From the NCBI GenBank assembly GCA_045132415.1, contig JBGUSG010000003.1, positions 106,004 to 170,003 on the forward strand: a stretch of DNA of 64,000 nucleotides, read 5' to 3'. The position numbers were made by a program, and so were the translations under genes. The notes below the pieces were generated by a model. That model ran no database searches. It saw only the letters and a list, made by a program, of their open reading frames with translations, and was not told the origin of the DNA. Below are positions 44,036 to 52,843 of this stretch, piece by piece; positions within the stretch are counted from its first letter, which is position 1; each line of letters begins with the position of its first letter. Source of the DNA: Paludibacteraceae bacterium. GTDB lineage: Bacteria; Bacteroidota; Bacteroidia; Bacteroidales; Paludibacteraceae.

Positions 44036-44653
44036 ATGTTTATCATTGGCATAGCGGGCGGTACTGGCTCGGGTAAAACAACGGTAGTCAAAAAACTGAT
44101 AGAGCGCCTTCCTAAAGGCGAAGTAGTGGTTATTCCTCAGGATTCCTATTACAAGGATAGTAGTGATGTGCCTGCGGAGGAGCGCCAAAACATCAATTTC
44201 GATCACCCTGATGCGTTTGAGTGGCCATTGCTTGCAAAGCATATTGAGCAACTGAAGCAAGGTCACGCCGTAGAGCAACCAATCTATGACTACATTACCT
44301 CTTCGCGTCAGAAGGAGACTATCCATGTTGAGCCTCGCGAAATCATTATCGTAGAGGGAATTATGGCATTGCGCGATTATCATCTCCGCCAGCAGATGGA
44401 TTTGAAGATTTTTGTGGATGCAGATGCAGATGACCGTCTGATTCGTGTTGTGCAACGTGATATTGTGGAGCGTGGACGTACTGTAGAGGCTGTGATGGAG
44501 CGTTATCAGCGTGTACTCAAGCCTATGCATGAGCAGTTTATTGAGACATGCAAACGCTATGCGGACGTGATTATTCCTCAAGGCGGACACAACAATGCTG
44601 CTATCAATATGCTGGTGAAATTCATCAAGCAAGAGCTCAAAGAGAAGAAATAA
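44036..44653 (+). CDS. udk: uridine kinase
   Basis: MFIIGIAGGTGSGKTT P-loop, FDHPDAF and IIVEGI. The listed TTG 43991 lies in the -7 box TAACTTTG (43987-43994), so the start is moved to ATG 44036. Confidence 0.9.
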   Translation: MFIIGIAGGTGSGKTTVVKKLIERLPKGEVVVIPQDSYYKDSSDVPAEERQNINFDHPDAFEWPLLAKHIEQLKQGHAVEQPIYDYITSSRQKETIHVEPREIIIVEGIMALRDYHLRQQMDLKIFVDADADDRLIRVVQRDIVERGRTVEAVMERYQRVLKPMHEQFIETCKRYADVIIPQGGHNNAAINMLVKFIKQELKEKK

Positions 44654-44790
44654 GACCGCCTTCGGCTGTTAGACCACTTCGTTGTTAGACCGCCCTTCGG
44701 GCTGAGAGAAGTTAGACTTCTATAATCTAACAGCGACAAAGTCGCGGTCTAACAGTGCAACGGTCTAATATCTAATAGCAAAGCGGTCTA
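44654..44790. repeat. palindromic element A4, udk|chrA junction
   Basis: GACCGCCTTCGGCTGTTAGACCACTTCGTTGTTAGACCGCCCTTCGGGCTGAGAGAAGTTAGAC...TCTAACAGCGACAAAGTCGCGGTCTAACAGTGCAACGGTCTAATATCTAATAGCAAAGCGGTCTAATA. It starts 1 nt after the udk stop and ends 2 nt before the chrA ATG. Confidence 0.85.
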
Positions 44791-44792
44791 AT

Positions 44793-45341
44793 ATGCTTTA
44801 TTTTCAGCTCTTTTGGACATATCTCAAGATTGGTACCTTCACGATAGGTGGAGGGTATGTGATGTTGTCTATGATTGAGCATGAGGTGGTGGAGCGCAAG
44901 GGGTGGATTGACCGTGAGGAGTTCCTGAATATGATTGCTTTGGCACAAGCTGCGCCTGGGTTGATAGCGGTGAATTCGGCAATATTCATTGGTTGGCGCA
45001 TTGGCGGATGGCGTGGTGTGATAGCCACCGTATTGGGTGCGGTATTGCCTTCGTTCTTGATAATCTTGGGGATAGCGCTGGTGTTTCAGGATTATAAGGA
45101 CTTGCCTGCTGTAGAGGCGGTGTTTAAAGGTATTCGCCCTGCGGTAGTGGCTCTGATTGCTGCTCCGCTCTGCAAGATGGCGCACAGCGCCAAGATTACT
45201 TGGGCAACGGCTATCATCCCTATTGCGGGTGCGTTGCTAATTTGGTTGGGTGGGTTGTCGCCTGTATGGATAATCTTCGTTACCGTCGTAGCAACCCTAC
45301 TATACACCTACCTCAAAGAACGAAAATCCTCTAAACACTAA
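44793..45341 (+). CDS. chrA: chromate transporter family protein (half-size, 1 of 2)
   Basis: 182 aa. LKIGTFTIGGGYVMLSMIEHEVV... is a CHR-family signature. Confidence 0.8.
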   Translation: MLYFQLFWTYLKIGTFTIGGGYVMLSMIEHEVVERKGWIDREEFLNMIALAQAAPGLIAVNSAIFIGWRIGGWRGVIATVLGAVLPSFLIILGIALVFQDYKDLPAVEAVFKGIRPAVVALIAAPLCKMAHSAKITWATAIIPIAGALLIWLGGLSPVWIIFVTVVATLLYTYLKERKSSKH

Positions 45342-45375
45342 ACAGTAGGCGCAGCCGTCCTCTAAACACTAAACA
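45327..45375. repeat. word-hairpin-word mini element (G3): TCCTCTAAACACTAAACA x2 around GGCGCAGCC
   Basis: The first word supplies the last codons and stop of chrA-1. The second ends 3 nt before the chrA-2 ATG. It is the reverse complement of the G4 architecture. Confidence 0.75.
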
Positions 45376-45378
45376 AAA

Positions 45379-45999
45379 ATGATATACCTGCAACTATTTT
45401 TGAGCTTCTTGAAAATCGGATTGTTCGGTTTTGGTGGAGGATTGGCTATCTTCTCACTTATTCAACACGAGATAGAGGTACATGGCTGGATGACCCAAGA
45501 GGAGTTTGTCGATATCTTGGCTATCAGCCAAGTGACTCCTGGTCCGATAGGTATCAACTGCGCCACATATGTGGGTTATACAGCTACGGGCAGCGTGTGG
45601 GGTAGTTTGCTGGCTACTGTGGCGATAGTTATTCCCAGTTTGGTTATTATGCTGTCGCTTTGTAAGGTGTATTTTGTTATCAGCACGCGTTTTCAGCATA
45701 ATATTTATTTCACTCGCACGATGCAGATGTTGCGTCTTTCGGTTTTGGGAATGATTGCTGCGGCAGCATTATTGCTGATGAAGCCAGTCAATCAGCCTTC
45801 TGTCAGCTTTATAGATTGGAAGAGTTGGGTTATCTTCGGGGTCGTATGTTTGTTTACTCTCTTGCCTATGTTTTTGAAGAACACAGCAGGCGTTTCTAAA
45901 AAAAGTGCTGAGGTATTTAAGAAGTTTATCAACCTGCTCTCTCACCCGATTTTATTGATAGTTTTAGCGGGTGTGGCAGGGTATGTGATTTATAGTTGA
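45379..45999 (+). CDS. chrA: chromate transporter family protein (half-size, 2 of 2)
   Basis: 206 aa. LKIGLFGFGGGLAIFSLIQHEIEVHGWMT... Confidence 0.8.
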   Translation: MIYLQLFLSFLKIGLFGFGGGLAIFSLIQHEIEVHGWMTQEEFVDILAISQVTPGPIGINCATYVGYTATGSVWGSLLATVAIVIPSLVIMLSLCKVYFVISTRFQHNIYFTRTMQMLRLSVLGMIAAAALLLMKPVNQPSVSFIDWKSWVIFGVVCLFTLLPMFLKNTAGVSKKSAEVFKKFINLLSHPILLIVLAGVAGYVIYS

Positions 46000-46000
46000 T

Positions 46001-46237
46001 GAATCACATTCACGGTATTTTATCTGGATTTTTTCAAGTTCCCTTCGGGCTACGTGACCACTTCGCGACCACTGTAGCATATCTGTGTCCTATTTGTGTC
46101 ATAGCGGTGGCTTTTCAGTTTTTACCTTTCCGTTTTCTATTCCCCTTGCTGAAGGAGCGCTTGAATGCGAGCACTAAGAATAACAATATAAAAACTCACC
46201 CCGCTACCAAATGAGAGTGGCGGGGTGAATGTGATTC
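46001..46237. repeat. 237-bp segment bounded by perfect 13-bp inverted repeats; contains module D2 (46036..46200)
   Basis: GAATCACATTCAC at 46001-46013 and GTGAATGTGATTC at 46225-46237. The interior is homologous to D1 (2258..2406). Confidence 0.7.
46197..46227 (-). terminator. intrinsic terminator of the 46281..47024 gene
   Basis: Minus strand CACCCCGCCACTCTCATTTGGTAGCGGGGTG followed by AGTTTTTAT. Confidence 0.65.
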
Positions 46238-46280
46238 AGTTACCTGTATTGAAATAAACTGAGAATACTTATTTATAGCA

Positions 46281-47024
46281 TTATTTTATTTCTTGACCTT
46301 GGATGGTATAAATATTCTTTTCGTTCTCTATTAACACTTGAGCATCGTGGATATACTTACGGGCATTGCGACGAGGGGCATAAACTTCGTTAATCGCTGT
46401 AGCTTCGCCATTACCTGGGAGAGCATAAATATCATAATCATATCTGCCATCATCATCTTGATTATTCTCTACTATTAATTTATATCGTTCATCAACTTTT
46501 ACTAAATAGCAAAAAGATTGGTCAATACTAGCATAGTTTTTACAGGTATATGGCATAGATGTTAGAATGTTGCCATCTTGAGAGATGACCTTAATTTCTC
46601 CTTTTCTTGGGTCTCCATAGTAACCAACTTCGGTTACTGTTCTACAAATATAAGCAAACTTAGAATCGGTAGTGAAAATATTTTTGGCAATGAAATATGG
46701 TCCTCTATATGTGTTTCGTCCAAAAGTTTGTTCTACATTCACAGAAAACTCTAACGAATAATCGTTTAAATTATACACATTGGTAAAAACAGTCGGATCA
46801 TATTGTGCATTACCATCATCAGCAAACTCGGTTAGAATAAGATAATCCCCACCGATGACAAAAGGATAAAATTCTTCAACTAACGGAAAAACTTTTACAT
46901 TGCGTCCAAAATTATATGAACTGATGCCGTCCTGCAAATCGGTTAGTGTGTGTTCCAATGTGATTTGAGCGTGAGATAATAGTGTAGCAAAAAGGAATGC
47001 TACCAAGGCGAATAATTTTTTCAT
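46281..47024 (-). CDS. secreted hypothetical protein with T9SS-type C-terminal tail
   Basis: Signal peptide MKKLFALVAFLFATLLSHAQ (start moved from 47057). C-terminus ...AQVLIENEKNIYTIQGQEIK resembles Por/T9SS sorting-domain ends. AT-rich gene. Confidence 0.6.
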   Translation of the reverse strand: MKKLFALVAFLFATLLSHAQITLEHTLTDLQDGISSYNFGRNVKVFPLVEEFYPFVIGGDYLILTEFADDGNAQYDPTVFTNVYNLNDYSLEFSVNVEQTFGRNTYRGPYFIAKNIFTTDSKFAYICRTVTEVGYYGDPRKGEIKVISQDGNILTSMPYTCKNYASIDQSFCYLVKVDERYKLIVENNQDDDGRYDYDIYALPGNGEATAINEVYAPRRNARKYIHDAQVLIENEKNIYTIQGQEIK

Positions 47025-47071
47025 AAACTTACATGTCTTTTGGGACATTGGCTCCAAATGCCCTATTGCTA

Positions 47072-47328
47072 TAAATATACAAAAAGCGTGGAACCTTACT
47101 TTTGCTTATTCTTAACTATTGAGGTTCTGGTAAACCTATTCCCCAAGAATAAACAATAACGCCCACGCTGATATGTACAACGCGCACTATCAGCGCGGTA
47201 GAATACATACCAATGAGCATTTATTGCTGTTCTTGCCTTGGGGGAAGGAAATTTACCAGATTTCAATAGTTCCAAAACAAGCGCTAATAAACGCTTTTTA
47301 TTTATGTCTGCAAACTTTTGGTTTGCGG
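47072..47328 (-). ncRNA. E3: divergent third member of the E family
   Basis: Minus strand: -7 box TACCTTTG (47331-47338), P1 GCAAAC-CAAAA-GTTTGC (47310-47326), and an extended hairpin at 47111-47272 (AACTATTGA/TCAATAGTT, TCTGGTAAA/TTTACCAGA, CCCCAAG/CTTGGGG, CTGATA/TATCAG). The 3' end AAGCAAAAGTAAGGTTCCACGCTTTTTGTATAT is homologous to the E1/E2 terminator but has a weaker stem. Confidence 0.45.
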
Positions 47329-47330
47329 TG

Positions 47331-47338
47331 CAAAGGTA
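47331..47338 (-). promoter_or_regulatory. -7 box TACCTTTG driving E3
   Basis: Minus strand TTTTTCACTACCTTTGCACCGCAAACC. P1 starts about 4 nt after the box. Confidence 0.6.
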
Positions 47339-47652
47339 GTGAAAAATTTGCAGGTGTGCAAGAAAAATTGCATTTTCTTGCGATTTTTTACTCGGCGGGT
47401 TATCGCCGAGCACAAGACAAGTGGCGGGTATTGGGAGTCGGGACTCGCGAGACGGGAATCCGTCGAGCGGAGGATAGGGAGCATGGTACGGGGAAAGTAT
47501 TGGATGGTGATACAGTGGTAACAGAGTGGTATCGGAATAATAACGAGGTGGTTTCGAGAAAGATAGCGGGAAAGAAGCATATAGAAGGCAGGATGAAGGT
47601 AAGAGGACGATAGGAGGGAGATAGGGTATTCTTAGGTCAACAACCCGATTAT

Positions 47653-47707
47653 CTTACGTGTATCCTACGTATATGTTACGTATATCCTACGTATATGGTA
47701 CGTAATT
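47653..47707. repeat. tandem array T2: 5 x 11 bp TACGTA-containing units
   Basis: CTTACGTGTAT CCTACGTATAT GTTACGTATAT CCTACGTATAT GGTACGTAATT, with flanks homologous to T1. Confidence 0.9.
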
Positions 47708-47966
47708 GATAAGGAAAAGGCAAGGGAAGAAATAGGGATAATGGGGAAATACAAAATACATAAGGGGTAGGAAAAATGGAGTAAAAAAGTGGTTGGTTAG
47801 GAGAGTCTGCAACCGATTGCGGAGATTTATATGGCGGGATTGAACTGAAAAATCGCAAGAGTATTGCATATGTCAAAAAAATGTTGTACCTTTGCAGCGC
47901 TTTTTGTGCGCACGTGCGCATGTTTTTTTTGAATACTAAGTACAAAAAAGAATAAAAATTACAATT

Positions 47967-50528
47967 ATGGTTATTAAAGTAAGTAACACCAATCAACCTA
48001 ATTGGACAGATTTGAATGTTCATGCAAATCTGCCAAAGAACCTCAGCAAACTTCAAGAGATCGCTAACAACCTCTGGTGGGTTTGGAACTCTGAAGCAAA
48101 AAACATTTTCCGTAAAATTGACATCGATGCTTGGCACCAAGCGCAATCTAACCCTGTTGTATTGCTCAATACTATCAGCTATGATCGTATGTTGGAGCTC
48201 AGCAAGGACAAAGCGTTTATGAAGGAGTTGGACGCTGTATATGCAGAATTTCGTGCATATATGGACGAGCCAAAAGATCCTAAGAAACCAAGCGTAGCAT
48301 ACTACTCCATGGAGTATGGTTTGACACAAGTACTCAAAATCTACTCTGGTGGTCTTGGCGTACTCGCAGGTGACTACCTGAAAGAGGCATCAGACTGCAA
48401 CGTGGACATGACCGCTATCGGTTTCCTCTATCGCTACGGCTACTTCACACAAACACTCTCTCCAGAGGGACAACAAATTGCTAAATACGAGGCACAAAAC
48501 TTCTCTAATCTCCCTATCTCACAAGTGAAAGAGGCAGACGGAACTCCAATGATTATTGAGGTTCCTTACCCAGAGCGCATTGTGAAAGCTTATTTGTGGA
48601 AGGTGGCAGTAGGCCGTATCAACCTCTATTTGCTCGACACCGACAACGAGATGAACTCTGAGTGGGATCGCCAAATCACTCACCAACTCTATGGTGGCGA
48701 CTGGGAGAACCGTATCAAACAAGAGATCATGCTCGGTATGGGTGGTACACTCGCCCTCAACAAATTGGGTATCAAGAAAGATGTTTACCACTGCAACGAG
48801 GGTCACGCAGCTTTCATGGGCTTGCAACGTATGCTCGACCTCGTGGAGAAAGAGGGCTTGAACTTCCAACAAGCATTGGAGGTAGTTCGCGCAAGCGGTT
48901 TGTACACTTGCCACACTCCAGTACCTGCAGGTCACGACTACTTCGAGGAGGGATTGTTCTACAAGTATATGAACGCATTCCCAGCACGCCTCGGCATCGA
49001 GTGGGCTGACCTCATCGGTATGGGTCGTCAAAATCCAGCAGACAACACCGAGAAGTTCTCTATGTCTGTATTCGCCCTCAACACCTGCCAAGAGGCTAAC
49101 GGTGTGAGCTGGTTGCACGGCGAAGTGAGCAAGAAGATGTTTGCTCCTGTATGGCCAGGTTACTTCGAAGAGGAGTTGCACGTGGACTATGTGACCAACG
49201 GTGTGCACATGCCTACATGGGCTGCTAGCGAGTGGAAAGCTATCTACAAAGAGATCTTCCCAAAAGAGTGGATTAAAGATCAATCTAACCTCGCTATGTG
49301 GGCGCCATACAACGATATGCCAGAGGAGAAGATCTGGGCGACTCGTATGAGCCTCAAGATAAAGCTCATTGACTACTTGAAAGAGCAATTCCGTGACAAC
49401 TGGATGAAGAGCCAAGGTGATCCAGCTCGTATCGTTCGCGCATTGAACGAGATGAATGCTGATAACCTTATCATCGGTTTCGGTCGTCGTTTCGCAACAT
49501 ACAAACGTGCTCACTTGCTCTTCACCGACTTGGAGCGTTTGGATAAATTGGTGAACAACCCTAACCGTCCAGTACAATTCTTGTTTACTGGTAAGGCTCA
49601 CCCAGCTGATGGTGGTGGTCAAGGCCTCATCAAGCGTATCATCGAGATTAGCCGTATGCCACAATTCTTGGGTAAGATTATCTTCCTCGAGAACTACGAC
49701 ATGCGTTTGGCTAAACGATTGATCTCTGGTGTGGATATCTGGTTGAACACTCCTACTCGTCCATTGGAGGCGTCTGGTACATCTGGTGAGAAGGCACAAA
49801 TGAACGGTGTATTGAACTTCTCTGTCCTCGATGGTTGGTGGAAAGAGGGTTACGTAGAAGGTGCTGGTTGGGCATTGACCGACAAGCGTACCTACGAGAA
49901 CCAAGCTCACCAAGACCAATTGGATGCAGCTACTATCTACCAAATGCTTGAGAACGAGATTATCCCAATGTACTACGCTAAGAACAGCAAGGGTTACTCT
50001 CCAGCATGGATTCAAACTATCAAGAACTCTGTGACTAAGATCACCCCACGCTTCACAACCAAGCGTATGATGGATGACTATTTCGAGAAGTTCTACAACA
50101 AACTCGCTAAGCGTCACGCTTTGCTCGGCGCAGACAACTACAAGATTGCTAAGGACATCGTAGCTTGGAAGCAAAATATCGTAGCTCACTGGGATGAGAT
50201 ACAAGTTGTAAGCTCTATCTTTGAACCAAACGAGCAACCTGCTAACGTAGGTGGTAAGTGCAAGGTAGCAGTAGAGTTGGATACCAAGGGCTTGAACGAT
50301 AAGGGTATCGGCGTTGAGTTGGTAGCAATCCGCACCTCTACTCACAACAACGATAAGCTATATGAAGTTAAGCAACTTGACCTCGTGAAGGCAGAGGGAA
50401 GCCATCTCTTCTTTGAGGCAGACTATCGTTTGGATTACGCTGGCGGTATGAAGTTCGGCTTGCGTATGTATCCTAAGAACGATTTGTTGCCACACCGCAT
50501 GGACTTCTGCTACGTTCGTTGGATTTAA
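47967..50528 (+). CDS. glgP: alpha-glucan (glycogen/maltodextrin) phosphorylase, GT35
   Basis: 853 aa. Contains YYSMEYG, GGLGVLAGD and the PLP-site EASGTSGEK of the alpha-glucan phosphorylase family. Terminator at 50551-50579. Confidence 0.9.
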   Translation: MVIKVSNTNQPNWTDLNVHANLPKNLSKLQEIANNLWWVWNSEAKNIFRKIDIDAWHQAQSNPVVLLNTISYDRMLELSKDKAFMKELDAVYAEFRAYMDEPKDPKKPSVAYYSMEYGLTQVLKIYSGGLGVLAGDYLKEASDCNVDMTAIGFLYRYGYFTQTLSPEGQQIAKYEAQNFSNLPISQVKEADGTPMIIEVPYPERIVKAYLWKVAVGRINLYLLDTDNEMNSEWDRQITHQLYGGDWENRIKQEIMLGMGGTLALNKLGIKKDVYHCNEGHAAFMGLQRMLDLVEKEGLNFQQALEVVRASGLYTCHTPVPAGHDYFEEGLFYKYMNAFPARLGIEWADLIGMGRQNPADNTEKFSMSVFALNTCQEANGVSWLHGEVSKKMFAPVWPGYFEEELHVDYVTNGVHMPTWAASEWKAIYKEIFPKEWIKDQSNLAMWAPYNDMPEEKIWATRMSLKIKLIDYLKEQFRDNWMKSQGDPARIVRALNEMNADNLIIGFGRRFATYKRAHLLFTDLERLDKLVNNPNRPVQFLFTGKAHPADGGGQGLIKRIIEISRMPQFLGKIIFLENYDMRLAKRLISGVDIWLNTPTRPLEASGTSGEKAQMNGVLNFSVLDGWWKEGYVEGAGWALTDKRTYENQAHQDQLDAATIYQMLENEIIPMYYAKNSKGYSPAWIQTIKNSVTKITPRFTTKRMMDDYFEKFYNKLAKRHALLGADNYKIAKDIVAWKQNIVAHWDEIQVVSSIFEPNEQPANVGGKCKVAVELDTKGLNDKGIGVELVAIRTSTHNNDKLYEVKQLDLVKAEGSHLFFEADYRLDYAGGMKFGLRMYPKNDLLPHRMDFCYVRWI

Positions 50529-50550
50529 TAATAACCAACATATGCAATCA

Positions 50551-50579
50551 AAAAAGCAACTCGGTCGAGTTGCTTTTTT
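50551..50579 (+). terminator. intrinsic terminator of glgP
   Basis: AAAAAGCAACTCGGTCGAGTTGCTTTTTT. Confidence 0.8.
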
Positions 50580-50630
50580 GTTTATGTCTAAAATAGCGAT
50601 GCTACTATCTGTTTTGTAGTAGTATCAAAC

Positions 50631-51707
50631 TCATCGGCTTACGCGAATATACAGCAGAGCGCCAATGGCTAAGAATACAAAATTAGGTATCCATACGCTC
50701 ATAAAGGGCGACATTACGCCATTTACTGAGAAAGTGGTTGATACAGTGGAGAATAAGATGTATAATGCACTGAGCGTGATACCAATGCCAAGGTTCTTTC
50801 CCATACCACCACGCACTTTCTTCGAACTCAATGTTACACCCAATAGTGTCATGATGAATGCGCCAATTGGACTTGCCCAACGTTTCCACCATTCTGTTTC
50901 GAAGGCTTGGATATTGCCCGAACCGCGTTTGCGTTGGGTTTCAATATATTCTTTTAATTCGGGGTTGCTCATCATTTGGGCGTTTTCAGCTGTGTAGAAT
51001 AGTTCTTTGGGTAGGATAGGGATGATTGTGTCTAGGCGATTACCCCGTGAGAGTGTCTCGTACATGCCATCGAAATCACGACGTACATATTTGTCCAAGT
51101 GCCAATTGTAGGCAGAGTCGTAATGAATACGGTCCGCGGTGATCCGCGTAACCAATTTCTTGCCATCAAAATGTTCTAGTGATGCACGATAGCCCATGTT
51201 GGTACGCTTCTGAAAACTTTCGATATACAATATTGTGCCAGGCTCCACCTCCATTTGAATGTTGCGGGCGTTTTCGCGCGAAAAGCGTTGGATGTATTTG
51301 TCTTGGAAAGTAAGCATTTTTTCGGAGGCGGGTGGAATTACATATCCCGTCATCCAGAACGAAAGTATGAAAAGGAGCAGGGCGCTGATAAAATAGGGTA
51401 GCATTAAGCGATGGTAACTCACGCCGCTTGCTAAGATGGCGATGATTTCGCTGTTTCCAGCTATTTTGGATGTGAAGAATATGACTGATATGAATATGAA
51501 TAAAGGCGAGAACATATTCATAAAATAGGGTACGAAATTGAAATAATAATCGAATACGATTTCGCGCAGAGGTGCTTGATTCTCAAAGAAGTCATCCATC
51601 TTCTCTGTGAGGTCAAACACTACGGCAATGCTCATAATCAGCACGATAGAAAAGAAGAAGGTGCCGAGAAATTTGCCAATAATATATCGATCAATGCGCT
51701 TAATCAT
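50631..51707 (-). CDS. LptF/LptG-family LPS export permease
   Basis: 358 aa. MIKRIDRYIIGKFLGTFFF..., with 6 TM helices and a periplasmic beta-jellyroll insert. Confidence 0.8.
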   Translation of the reverse strand: MIKRIDRYIIGKFLGTFFFSIVLIMSIAVVFDLTEKMDDFFENQAPLREIVFDYYFNFVPYFMNMFSPLFIFISVIFFTSKIAGNSEIIAILASGVSYHRLMLPYFISALLLFILSFWMTGYVIPPASEKMLTFQDKYIQRFSRENARNIQMEVEPGTILYIESFQKRTNMGYRASLEHFDGKKLVTRITADRIHYDSAYNWHLDKYVRRDFDGMYETLSRGNRLDTIIPILPKELFYTAENAQMMSNPELKEYIETQRKRGSGNIQAFETEWWKRWASPIGAFIMTLLGVTLSSKKVRGGMGKNLGIGITLSALYILFSTVSTTFSVNGVMSPFMSVWIPNFVFLAIGALLYIRVSR

Positions 51708-51709
51708 CG

Positions 51710-52843
51710 TTATAATCGTTGCATCAATCGTGGGGTAATGTCATCCTTCCATGCCTTGAAGTCGCCTTCAAGGATGTGTTTGCGTGCTTCGCCAACAAGC
51801 CAAAGATAGAATGCCAGATTGTGAATACTCAGCAGTTCCAGTCCTAACATCTCTTGCGCGTGTATTAAATGACGTACGTACGCGCGCGTGTACTCGTGAT
51901 CCACATGGCTTGTACCACAAGGGTCAAGTTCTGTGAAGTCATTCTCCCACTTCTTGTTGCGCATATTCATTACACCGTTTTGGGTGAAAATCATGCCGTT
52001 ACGTCCATTTCGAGTTGGCATTACGCAATCAAACATATCCACTCCGCGCTCAATTCCCTCCAGCAGATTCCATGGAGTACCAACTCCCATTAGATAGCGA
52101 GGTTTGTTTTCGGGGAGGATATCGTTTACCACCTCAATCATCTCATACATCACTTCGGTAGGTTCGCCAACGGCTAAGCCGCCAATAGCATACCCATCTC
52201 GATCCAAATCGCGCAAGTGCTTGGCTGCATCTTGGCGCAAGTCTTTATATACACATCCCTGTACAATCGGGAAAAGGTGTTGCTTATATCCGTATAAATC
52301 AGGTGTTTCGTCAAAACGCTTGATACATCTGTCTAACCATCTGTGTGTGCGTTGCATGGATGATGTAGCGTATTGGCGATCGGCTGTACCAGGGCAACAT
52401 TCGTCAAATGCCATCATGATATCTGCGCCAATCTCACGCTCAATATCCATCACGCTTTCTGGGGTAAACATCAATTTTCTACCATCAATATGCGAAGAGA
52501 ATTGCACACCTTCCTCTGTCATCTTGCGAATGTCGGTCAGAGAAAATACCTGAAAGCCACCACTGTCCGTCAAAATAGGCCTATTCCAGCCTTCGAAGCG
52601 GTGCAATCCGCCTGCTTGATGCAAAATCTCCGTTCCAGGGCGAAGGTAAAGATGATAAGTATTGCCCAAAATGATTTGTGCTTTGATATCATCTTCTAAA
52701 TCGCGACGCTGAACACCCTTCACCGTGCCCACAGTGCCAACAGGCATGAAAATAGGGGTTAATATATCCCCATGATCAGTATGTACCACACCAGCGCGGG
52801 CTGCGGAACAACTATCTGTATGAATGAGGTCAAAAAACGCCAT
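51710..52843 (-). CDS. tgt: tRNA-guanine(34) transglycosylase
   Basis: 377 aa. Contains TPIFMPVGT, LTDSGGFQV, GLAVGE and the Zn site C.C..H. Confidence 0.95.
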   Translation of the reverse strand: MAFFDLIHTDSCSAARAGVVHTDHGDILTPIFMPVGTVGTVKGVQRRDLEDDIKAQIILGNTYHLYLRPGTEILHQAGGLHRFEGWNRPILTDSGGFQVFSLTDIRKMTEEGVQFSSHIDGRKLMFTPESVMDIEREIGADIMMAFDECCPGTADRQYATSSMQRTHRWLDRCIKRFDETPDLYGYKQHLFPIVQGCVYKDLRQDAAKHLRDLDRDGYAIGGLAVGEPTEVMYEMIEVVNDILPENKPRYLMGVGTPWNLLEGIERGVDMFDCVMPTRNGRNGMIFTQNGVMNMRNKKWENDFTELDPCGTSHVDHEYTRAYVRHLIHAQEMLGLELLSIHNLAFYLWLVGEARKHILEGDFKAWKDDITPRLMQRL

